From Octopus bimaculoides (lineage: Eukaryota), in contig NC_068986.1 in assembly GCF_001194135.2 (NCBI RefSeq), positions 46,057,251 through 46,107,152 of the forward strand: 49,902 nt of DNA, in the 5' to 3' direction. The translations under genes and the position numbers were made by a program. The stretch's first letter is position 1. Each line of letters starts with the position of its first letter. The notes under the pieces are model-generated. The model was not told the origin of the DNA, ran no database searches, and worked only from the letters and a program-made list of their open reading frames with translations. Shown piece by piece: positions 38,355-49,902 of this stretch.

Positions 38355-41300
38355 CTGCAAGAAATGAAAACAATAATATATACAAACAGAATATATATAT
38401 TACATTGAATTTTAATTATAAGTGCTAATAATATCTTAATGTTGACTTTTCTTTCTGTTAGTGATTTGTGCCAATTTGGTATAATTGGGTCCTGATATAC
38501 TTCCACTTAACCATTAACCTTTTCCAGCTTAGCAGGTTTTAAAAGTTGAATAACATGCAACATGCTGGAGCAAATTATTGGTGTGCTTTTTTGTTTTTCT
38601 TTACATGAACAAATAGCTTGAGATAGTGATCATAACATTTGCAATATCTCTAAATTACACTTTTATATTTGAAATTCCTTTTCCCATTGAAACATTTAAT
38701 AAATTAAAGTCATAATGATAAAAAAGCACTATTTGTTTAATATAGGATTATTAGTAAAAACAATTCTGTTAATTAATTAGTAATTAATCAACAATCTCAA
38801 ACATTACAGAAATTGAAATATGAATGGGGATAAGGAAAAAAGGAAGTTGAAAAATAATGTAGTAGAATGACTGTAGGCAGTGACATGACAAAATATCTCT
38901 AATTCAAATTTGAAATTCTATGTACTGACAACATTTTCTTTAATTTTCCAAACATTCCAGTCAAGAATTTACAGTGATTTTTTAAATTATATTGACATAT
39001 AATCTTGTTCATTTAAATTCAAAAATGTTGTGATGAGAAATAGTTGCTAAGAATCAAATTATTTTATTCAGCTAAAATGTTGAGATTCCTTGTTGGAATT
39101 ACAAATAATAATGATTTAGCATTTGTGAATGATCAATAACAAGACATTATTTGCAGTAAGGCATTATTTGAAACTAATACTACTTGTCTCATCCCAAAGA
39201 GATTGAGAGATCAATAAAACTAACATCAAGAAGCCATCTAGTCTCTTTCTTAATAAACATTCCATCAAATGAAGAAAAGTGTTGAGATTTAGAAGTAATT
39301 GCTTTCAATTCAATGTATAGGTGGGAGAATATGAGTATGAGAGGATGGGGGTCACTAACATAGGAACAAATCAAGTTATGGAATGATTTATTCACAGTCC
39401 TTTGTGTTTAGATTTAACAGAGTCATAATGTTTAAGAAACTTATATTCCAGAATTATACAGAAATATAGGTCAAAACATTTAAATAGATATTTTTATACA
39501 AATAACTAATTAAGGAGATGTCTAAAATGAAAAAAAAAAGATGAAAAACCAGATAGTAACTTTTTAAAGTTGATGGCCTTCAAGGATTCATCTAGTAGTA
39601 AGGAATGTAAATGCAGATTTTGTATTGACTGACATGCCTGTGAAAAATGTCCATATATTTTGTGGCCATGACAAGTTCTTGCATGACAAACAGAACACTT
39701 GTTGTAGAAAGTTAGCACAAAAGCAGCTTCTTTATCTAATGGTTAATTTGTTAATAACAGTAATAGTATGATAATTGCTATGGGAGATGGACTCTAAACA
39801 GAGCATTTGGAAGGAAGAAAGATTGCTGATAAACATCTAAGTTTCTCTGAACAGCTTTCAGAGAACAAACCTGGATGATTGCTCATTTCAAAATCAATGG
39901 AGATTTCTCAAGGAATCTTAGCCAAAATTCTATAAATAAATAAATCTCTAATACTCTTCTCTTGATATACACTAGCAGTTACAACCTCAGATAGTACATG
40001 TCTGTTGAGGCCATACAGAAAATTGACATAAGATTCAATGACATTACTTAGCTTCTGTTTTTGACTGCAATTGGAATATATGAAAAATTGTATTCTGCTA
40101 ATCAATAAAGATGCAATTGAGAGTAACAACTGCAGTATTGTAGTAAATGCAATTTGCCATGAGGCAGAAAACTGAAGATGAGATGAAGTTAGTAGGTACA
40201 GGGAATCTTTGTTGCTCATTTAATCAAAGGAACTAAGTAACAAAAATGTAAGAATAAATATACAAGTTGTTTTGATTCTTATTGTTCTCTGTGCATATGA
40301 TGATTTATTTCTGGTTGGCAGATATCAGCATACATCAGCAGACAATTTGTTTTGTAACATTATAAAGAGCCATAAGCTCTTATTAGATTTGATAGCCTAG
40401 GGTGCCTCTAGGTGAGAAGACACAATACTGTTGAAACACTAAGTGTTCCAGAGTTACTTTGTGATAATGATTCAAGTGTGTTATGAACACACATTCATCT
40501 TAAAAGAGTTGCTCTCCTTTGACAAAACACAACAGTGATAAATATATCCACATTCATAGCTGTCACAATGTGTTAAGAAAAATCATGCAAGTCATTGTTT
40601 TGATCCTCACTTTCACCATGCATATGATGACTTGATATTCAAGTGTTTAGTTTTGCAGCATGTTGATTTGATGCCTGTATCTGATAAAATGGTATAAGAG
40701 CAATGTAACCAGAAAAATTTTCCCATTCTTATTTAATTGCAAAAGGACTTGTCCTGGAGTACTTCCTAGTTGAATTTTCAAAATGAATTGTTTCTCAGTT
40801 GTAATCAAATATGCTGTGGAAACAAGAACGATTGCTATGATTCCAATCAGTATCCAAATCCCTAAGGTATCACACATGTTTATTGTAAACTGGTTCATTC
40901 ATTCATTTTTACACCTGCAGTTTTTTATGTTTGAGTGTGTGAGACGAGTATATTATTGAGGCATTGATTTACAGCTGGATGTCCTTTCTGTCACTAATAT
41001 TTCTCTCTTTTTCAAGAAAAACATCTCTTATCTCTCACAACTTTGAAAAAGCAAATCCAGTAGACGAATTGTTGACTGGGTGAATAACAGCAACATCACT
41101 CACATGCACATACCCCACCCCACCCCCGCTTCACATAATTATTGTTCTACCTTTGATTTAAGAGTTACTGAAATATCTGTAGTATATATATATTTACACA
41201 CACACACACACATTTACATACATACACATAAAATACACACAGACATTGAAAAGTTGCTATTTCAAGTGAGACAGTGTAACAATTATTAACCTCTCCTTAA

Positions 41301-42178
41301 ACTCCATGTAAATCCACATATGGCTAACTTTCAACCAGAAATTCATTAGGTGTTATATACATTATGATAGATTGCAGTGTGTATATCCAAGATAAAAATA
41401 AAACAGGAGATTCAGTTGTTACAGAAATTTTTTAGTATTACATCATAAATCATATAATCTTTATATACATTTCATTACTGTCTACTAGTACTTTGTGCAG
41501 TAGTCATTACAAAGATATGTGAACTGCAAGTACATACAGTAAAAATCTATAAAAGCAGCAAAGGGAAATAAATTTGTAATTCTGTTTTGGAACTTGGAAC
41601 TGGATCTCACAATACACATAAAGCTATAATTAACAGCATGTAAATATTGGTTTGAAATTCTCTTTGGATAGAAAAATTGAAAGCTGGCCATGGGATGTGA
41701 ATCCACATCTCAAAAGACATGACAAATGTTCTACCACTGGTTTTTTCAACCCAATATTTACATGCTACTATTTATAGCTTTATGTGTGCTTCAAGATCAA
41801 ATTCCAAAAAAGAATTATTTCATGTTCTTACAAAAGTTTATAAATTCTCATGACGACAAAGGAATTTATCTTTAATTTTATTGGTGAGATAAAGAGAGAG
41901 GGAGAAAATTAAACCTGAGTGTAGCCAGGGTGTCTGTTTGAAGAGACAATTTTGGCTCATACAATCATTATATCACAGAAAAACCCAAGTTACAGGTGAT
42001 AAATATTGAAGAATGTGAAAGAGATAGTATTCTAGTTAACTTTAGGTCAGATTGGCAATGTAAGCATACATGTACATGTATATCCATCACACATACCTTT
42101 ACATCCTACCTATCTTTATAGATATCTGTACATACATATGTGCATACATACATACATACATACATACATACATACATG

Positions 42179-42219
<41 letters not shown>

Positions 42220-42239
42220 ATGGTAACTGTGATTTTGAA

Positions 42240-42800
42240 TCTGCATTGATGTCATATGAAATATGTATTCTGACACTGAAGCAACATCTACAGCAGAAGC
42301 AAGAGGCCAGACCACTCAAGTTTCTGATTGAAAGCAACAACATAATCAAGATGGCTAATAAACTTGAGGAGATGCATGAAATAAAAAAGTTAATACAGAT
42401 CTCACCTCAAGGAACATTGGTAAATTCTATTTATCAAAAGAACAGTAAAAAAAGGGGGGGACCAGTTCACTGAGAAAATAGTGCATAGATATTTGGCACC
42501 ACAGAAATAAACCATAGGAGGAATTGATCATATCAAAAGCTTGGTATGGAAGGCTCATCCCACTCTGAATACCTACACCATGCAATTCAAGAACAAGAGA
42601 TCTCTACCAAGTGTCTACAGCATAAAATGCAGGAAACAATTGACAGACAACAAATGTAGGCTGTGCAAAACCAAGACTGAAGACTGTTGTCTTCTGTTTT
42701 GGTTTTGTCATTATTGCCAACTACAAAAGAATGATTTCCAGATATTATCTTTTCATGAGGCATGATGTGGCCAGAACAGTTTGAAACAGGATAACAAAGA
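42240..42800 (+). mobile_element. R4/Dong-like (restriction-like endonuclease) non-LTR retrotransposon fragment
   Basis: Frameshifted translation SHSEYLHHAIQEQEISTKCLQHK / DNKCRLCKTKTED / RYYLFMRHDVARTV matches the pre-knuckle AIQEQ motif, the CxxC knuckle and the RHD motif that precede the RLE domain. Clade assignment is from recalled motifs. Confidence 0.72.
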
Positions 42801-44144
42801 AGAAAACATCAGTTGATGGAGTTGACTATATTAATACCAATCAGTCTACATGATAAAGTAATTATGATTTTGTTTAAATGAAGTATTTGACTATAATCCT
42901 ATTTTACCTGGGTGGATTTGCACCTGTAGAATTTAAATGTCCTTCAAGTGTTGTGTTTTCACACAAAGAAGCATTTCTGTTTTAAGTTAGGTAATTTATT
43001 ATTACCTAATAGGATATTTAGGGCTTCTGTTGAACACAATCAGTATTCTTTTTTATTACCATTATAAGAAGAGGTTCTTGTTAAGATGTTCAAGTGTAGA
43101 TTGTATTTTTTATTCACTGAGTGAAGCTTAAAGATATATTCAGTCAGTCTAGTTGAACTCTGAAATTTTTCATACTTAAAGCAGTGTACATTCTTGTTTT
43201 AACAATATTTAAAGAAAATAGCTGAAGCTTCTATGCAATAACAAGTTACATATTTAATAGTAGCATCTAAGAGCGCAAGCAGACATTGCTCTACAGTTAC
43301 AGTTACATTGTTCTGTAGAATAAGCACAAGTTCATGAGGTTCTGAGGTTTTATGATTATCCGTTGTTTCTACTAAACTGAGTCAGTTATTCTATTGATTC
43401 AAGTTATTTTCTGGTTAGAACCTCTTTAAAAAATTTCTATCACATTTATTAGAATTACATTTTATATGAGTTGATTTTAAAGTGTGAGAATTACAATGTA
43501 ATGGGTTATTATTATGAATAAAAGTATAAGTGGTCTTAAATTTTGATTTGCTTTTTGCTAACTTGCCAATAGGGTGTACCGTGTTATCTTTTAAATTGCT
43601 TTATGTCACCCTTAGACGGATCAACCTTGTGTTGAATGCTGGTATTGGAGTTGCATGTGTATGTTTGGAGTTTTTTATTGTTGTTTTCTGCATTTTGAAT
43701 TAATCTCATATTAGGGTTATGTAGATTTGTATAATAAGATAGAGGATTAATGTTAGTTTTTTTGCTTGTGAATTATCATTATTATACTTATCCATTTCAT
43801 TGGCATTAGGGAATTCTATACTTGTTAGGTAAAGTGCTGTGGAGTAAGAGAATTTAACTGTACATTAATCTAAAATGCAGTGATACTTGTAGTTCAGGGG
43901 ATTTTTTTATCAAACATTCATGAACATTTTAGAAATATTTGGTTTAGTATTTTCTTCTGATGATCTGGAATATAAAGTGGTTTTGTAACTATCTTTGTAA
44001 CAATTACAACATGGCGTAATAGTATGTAGTGGTAAAATATGTGTGAAGGTTATGTAATTTATGACATAATAATAACATTTTTTCATTACAAATGAATCCC
44101 CAGTTTTATTCTGATACTGGGTATATATATATATATTTTTTATA

Positions 44145-44552
44145 CTTTAACTTGTTTTAGTCATTTGACTATGGCCATGCTGGAGCACTGCCTTGAAGCG
44201 TTTTAGTTGAACAAATCAAGCCCAGGACTTTTTTGAGCCTAGTACTTATTCTATTGGTCTTTTCTGCTGAACCACTAAGTTATGGAATCTAAACATACCA
44301 ACACCAGTTGTCAAAAGATGAAGGTGGGGAGAGGGGAGACAAATATAGACATAAAGACACACACACATAAATATATACACATATATATAAATAGATATTT
44401 GAGGGACTTCTTTCAGTTTTATGACAACCAAGTATACTGACAAGACTTTGGTCAGCCTGAGGTTATAATAGAAGACATTTGCACAAGTGAGACTGGATCC
44501 AGAACCATGTGGTTGGGAAGCAAGCTTTTTATCACACAGCCACACCTGCACC
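44145..44552 (-). mobile_element. Full-length CORE-like SINE, minus strand
   Basis: Reverse complement: ggtgcaggtgtggctgtgtgataaaaagcttgcttcccaaccacatggttctggatccagtc ... aataagtactaggctc ... gtgctccagcatggccatagtcaaatgactaaaacaag. Confidence 0.85.
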
Positions 44553-47500
44553 TATATATATTTCATTTTTTTTTTTTTGCATTTTTGTTTTATCAGTGGA
44601 GGCAAACTAGATAGAAATATTTATTGAATCTAAGGAAAATGAAGTGGTAATAGTAGGAATAGAGGTATTAATAATAGTGTTGACAACAGTAATAAAATCT
44701 TTAATAATAATCTACTACAAGATAACAATAATGATAATAACAACTACAATCCCTTTAACACCCTATGGTTTTTTATTCAACTCTTATGACAGATTCCATG
44801 ACATGAAATGTATTAATTCTACAAGTCTCAATAAAAGAGTCTCCATCCTTCCATTTCCATCAGCCAGACGCTAAACTGAAGCTTAGATGTAACTATACTA
44901 TAGAAACTACAGGAACTATAGGGAAGTAGAGGTCCACCAACTTGGCATGGGGATCGCAAAGGGCCTACAAAAATTAAAACAATATGCTATGAACAGAGAA
45001 ATTTTATGCCTTCATACCAATAAGTCTGGCAGAATGTCAGTAGATAGCTTGCTGAACTATATCCAAACAATGCAACTGCACACCAACAACATGAGAGAAG
45101 TTACATCACTGGAACATGACAACATAGAAAAAATTCTAAATACTAAGGAAAAAGAACCAGTACATGTGTTTATTAATAGCATAACAACTCTTCCAAGATA
45201 CAACAATATCCATATGTATATATATACATATATATATATATATGTATATATATGTGTGTGTGTGTGTGTGTGTATGTGTGTGTGTGTGTGTGTATGTATT
45301 TACATAATATAAAAAAAATTTTTAAAGATATTATTTCATTTGTAATTAACGAATGACAGTGAAATGTTTCATGTGCAGAGAAGGGCATCTTAACGGTTTC
45401 AGTGTGTTAAAGGGCCAAATGTGTCAACAGATGCATATATGTTCTTAATCTTTTAGTTCATTCTTCATATGGATGGATCATTTTTGGAATGGTAAAACAA
45501 AACACTGGACCTGTTATGCCTTTACTGGTATTCATTAAACTGTTCTAATCAGTGGCATTAAAATATGGTAATTTAAAATTGTTATGATAACAATTATCAT
45601 TTAGCAAGTATTTAATTTCAGGAGATAAAAAGTCATCAAAAGATTTTAGTGTCAAAAGTTGTCACCATAATAATAATAAAAAGTAATATCCATAAGTGAA
45701 GTACTTTTTAAGTGTTATAAAAATGTGAATTAGAAATTGTTTTAGATAGAAAAACAATGCTGGTAAACCGTTTTGCACACACTTTCAATAAGTGGAGAAG
45801 TATACATTATTTTAGCTTTTAAATAATCTGCAATGCAAATAGGATATATTCTTGAAAGAGAATATATAAATAATATTAACGGTATCCTTTTCCTTTTTAA
45901 AAGGATGCAATAAGTAGATTATATAATCAAACAATTGTCTAGATTTTAAGAATATATTAATACTGGTTCAAGATGTGAAAAGCAAAACTATCACTTGAAA
46001 GAAATTTTTGAAATATAAAATACATTAAAATTTATATTCATCAAAATTCAATTTAGAAATACAGCTAGATGATTTAAATAATAAAATTGATTCTTACATG
46101 AAAATTAAAGTGAATTAAGAATCACTTTTGTTTTCACAGTAATTTTTTCTATGTAGAGAAAAACTTGGGCATATAACTTATTTGATACATCACTTAATTG
46201 AACAAATTTAAAAATTATTTTAACTGTACTTTTCTAATATTTTACTGAACAGAAAAACATTTAATTTGATGTGTATTTCTCAGAATTCCAAATCATATTG
46301 ATAAAGCTTGGATTTCTTAAACTGCAAAAAGCATATTTTAAGTGATTTGGAAAGAACATTTAAAGGAAATACACTCTAAAGTTTGTAGACTTAGATAATT
46401 GAAGAAAATAGCATCGTTAAAACTTAAAACAGCTGTCAATTGTCAAAAAGAAAAAAGAAAACGAATTTTAAAATCAATATAACTTTGCTTTAATAAAGTA
46501 AAAATTTATTTAAGATCTAAAAAATTTAGGAACCAACTTTTATTAAAAATGAAAACCTATAATAAGTTACTTTTTAAAATAGATTTTACATATTTCTCAA
46601 GTGTTCCTGTAAGAAAGAAACTCTAATTTTAGTTTGTGGTAATGAGAATCTATTATCAACATGTGACAATTGAAATTTAGCATTCTATTTCTTGAGGCTG
46701 TCTATTTCTTATCAAAATGACTCTTCAAAAGTGATTGCTTATTTTTGATACTGAATGCATCATATTTTATTGCTCTATTTTATACTTTTAAATAAATTTC
46801 TTAATAAACAACATACAGAGCCTGCTTTACTAATGGCTTTTCTCTTTTTACCACATCTTTCACTGCTACAACAGCTACTATTCTGTATAAATTGCTGTTT
46901 CTATTTAAAACATATTTCTGTATCTGGTTTTTCATATTTTGGCACCTTGTAATGCATTTTTTTCAGAAAATTCCATACAAAAAATAACTAGATAATAGTA
47001 TAGTCAGTTTTCTTTTAAAAAACAGCACTTTTGAACTATCTTCCTGCCCATCATACATTATTTATGTTACTATTTTACATCAAATATTTTTTCCATTAAA
47101 GCATTAGTGAATATTTATTTGCAAATTTAGATACTCACATATTAGATATGCTTTCCCTGCTTTTAAACAAACCAATAAGTATTAGGTAAGAGAGACAACT
47201 TGTAAGAAACCAAATAAGACCTATCACAGGTAGAGAAATAGCTGCATCAAAATTTCATTTCTTGCCTATGTGGTCAGTAATTCACTATCTGATCCTAGCC
47301 ACATGACTTCTATAAAAATTCACATAAAATATAAAAACTATTTTCTCTTTGATATGAAGTATATAATATAGAAAATGACATTTCCGCGTGCACACATACA
47401 CACACACACACATATGCTCTTTCTCTCTCTCACTCACTCACCTTCCTCTCCCCTTGTCTCTAATGGAAAATCAACTGTTTTATCTGTAAAAAGAATCCCA

Positions 47501-48523
47501 ATCTTGGAATCATGAAACTAACAGTCTGTATAATAGATACCAAGAGGCAAGTTAATTACATTATTCAAGTGATTACTAATTTTCTCGGAACAGAAGCAAG
47601 AATTGAGACTATATGCCAAAGAACATCAATCATTAAATAATTTTTGTTGCATTTTTGCATATTTAAAGTATTTCAGATTCAGGTGTAAATAAACTAATAT
47701 TTAGATATGCTCTAGAGTAACTAAATTATGAATAATCTTGTCTTTTTTCTTTGATCAAGGGAATACTAGGTGAAAATGTATTTTTGATCATTTCAATTTA
47801 AAATTAAAAATCTCAAAAGAAAATGGCAAAACTTAATCATTCACATGTTGTGTTTTTTGAGATACCTTACTTTTAGGATTGTATATTAATAACTCAACTT
47901 TTAGTGTGTGCTAAAATACTTTGCATCTGTTATTTCTAGAATAGATAAAATTCTTTTTGCTTCAAGTTGTACAGTTTCTTTTTTAATAATGAGAAACTAG
48001 CTATTTTCATTGGGAACATCAAGTAGTTGTAAAAAAAGATGTTAAGATAAAAATTGGAAATGCACTTCAAGAGGAGCAAAGTATATTTTCTTAATTTTTA
48101 TATTCATCAAACTGTTAGAAATAGTATTATACTGTCGCAGAGTGAGGCATTTCTGCTTTTCTGAACAGTGTTAGAAAGACATCATTCAGCTTCAATTATA
48201 CACTATTATGAAAAGACAATAAATATAATTTCAGGAGAATTTTAGAATGAAAGTAGAAAAAAATGACCTAATCATTCTACATTTTTGTTTTGTATCACAG
48301 ACAAATGGCTGGCACCAATATAACATAATAAAATTAATAAGCATAATGAAAGTGAAAAATAAGAATATGTTGTGCATACAGTGTCAACCAGAATAGATGA
48401 ATGAATATTGAAAATAAATCACCAATAATGTCTCAACAAAAAAAGATAAGAAAACAATACTTGCCAATCCTAAATTAAGAACACAGTAAGAGCTGTATTA
48501 ACTAAGAATATATCATATGACAA

Positions 48524-49120
48524 AATCATCTTAATAGAATAATCTCTTTGCTAAATATGGAATTAGACTAACTAAACTTTGGTAAATAAAAACAGTAATT
48601 AAGCTGTTAAAAATAATTTGCCAACCACAACCTAGCTTTAAAACTAAGCAGTAGATAGGTTTCAAAGTCAGAGAAAATTTTACAACTATTTAGTTTTACA
48701 ATCATCTTAATAGAATAATCTCTTTGCTAAATATAGAATTAGACGAACTAAACTTTGGTAAATAAAAACAGTAATTAAGCTGTTAAAAATAATTTGCCAA
48801 CTNNNNNNNNNNNTAACTAAACTTTGGTAAATAAAAACAGTAATTAAGCTGTTAAAAATAATTTGCCAACCACAACCTAGCTTTAAAACTAAGCAGTAGA
48901 TAGGTTTCAAAGTCAGAGAAAATTTTACAACTATTTAGTTTTACAATCATCTTAATAGAATAATCTCTTTGCTAAATATAGAATTAGACGAACTAAACTT
49001 TGGTAAATAAAAACAGTAATTAAGCTGTTAAAAATAATTTGCCAACTACAACCTAGCTATAAAACTAAGCAGTAGATAGGTTTCAAAGTTAGAGAAAATT
49101 CTACAACTATTTAGTTTTAC
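48524..49120 (+). repeat. 176-bp tandem repeat spanning an 11-N gap
   Basis: Units start at 48524, 48700 (cut by the gap) and 48945, with a partial unit at 48814-48944. The period is exactly 176. Confidence 0.95.
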
Positions 49121-49701
49121 AAATAAAGTGGGCTAGATTTAGGATAACAATATACTAGAAATAATTTATTGTACTACTGAATATTATATTTTCAAACATA
49201 ACAGTATATGTTAGGACTCATACCAAAATTTTGTAGTTTTGAGCCTATATTAAAAAGCATTTTATATAAAAGATTCAGATAGATTTGACTATGGTTATGG
49301 CTAGGGTTACGACTCAGGACCGTCTCCACAAAGAAACCAATCAAGCAGAATGACAAGCTTGACCACCAAAAAAACGTCACCAGTATTTTAATGAATTAAA
49401 AATCAGATCCGCTCGCAGAAAAAAATTATAAATACATCTGATCCCAAAACATACCACGACAAGTGAATGCGTCTATGGAAAGATTATCAGAGAAACAGTA
49501 AACCAAATCCCACTTCTTTTACTATTTTCATTTCTCCCTTGTTTTTTACATCTTAACTCAGTATGACTTGTCGATCACCACTAACATTAATGAACTTTGT
49601 ACATTCAAACAAATTCATATTCAGTTTTAATATTATTGACTGCTATGAACTTGCACCTGTCCTCCTAATTCATAATGCTAAATTTATCTGTTTTCAAGAT
49701 G

Positions 49702-49770
49702 TTAATTTGTCAACATTGAAACATTTTAATTTATCAATATTGAAACATTTTAATTTGTCAACACGGAAAA
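49702..49770 (+). repeat. 24-bp tandem repeat, ~2.8 copies
   Basis: ttaatttgtcaacattgaaacatt / ttaatttatcaatattgaaacatt / ttaatttgtcaacacggaaaa. Confidence 0.85.
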
Positions 49771-49902
49771 CTTCCAAGATGTTTTTCTAATTCATATTTT
49801 AAAAATTTTACCATTGATAAAAAAAAAATATTGTTCAAACCAGTTTAGTATATATGTAAATAAATGTATTTTAAATATTTACAAGTCTTTGAAATTTAGG
49901 TG

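Noticed and set aside
37978-38385. 135-aa single ORF as a complete gene
   Set aside because: Only 38139-38354 is coding. The N-terminal MYILLFSFLA is the polypyrimidine tract and the C-terminal part is intron after the GT donor.
39660-39705. CSVCHARTCHGH (C-x2-C-x4-C-x2-H) resembling half a piggyBac cysteine-rich domain
   Set aside because: The first CxxC pair and any transposase sequence upstream are missing, so it is probably chance.

Overview
Very AT-rich, CpG-poor eukaryotic DNA, dense in microsatellites, with seven assembly gaps. The SINE and LINE content looks like an octopod cephalopod (Octopus-like); this is inferred from repeat resemblance, not a database search. Only one convincing host exon is visible: a 216-nt minus-strand exon at 38139-38354 with canonical AG/GT splice sites and phase 1-1 symmetry. 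It encodes a complete 10-cysteine follistatin/Kazal module of the agrin type, so most of the window is probably giant intron. The rest is retroposon and transposon debris: three tRNA-headed SINE families, a (GAT)n-tailed RTE-associated family, a decayed RTE LINE, an R4/Dong-like LINE fragment, a mariner transposase remnant, a Penelope-like fragment with a hammerhead-ribozyme-like fold, and a CpG-decayed 5S rRNA copy 10 nt upstream of a SINE. Most listed ORFs are artefacts of microsatellites, N-gaps or antisense repeat sequence. There are no CRISPR or prokaryotic features, and no clearly novel system is demonstrated. The best leads are the possible 5S-SINE chimera, the hammerhead-like motif, 3' module sharing among SINEs and the RTE LINE, and a mariner with D35D spacing.
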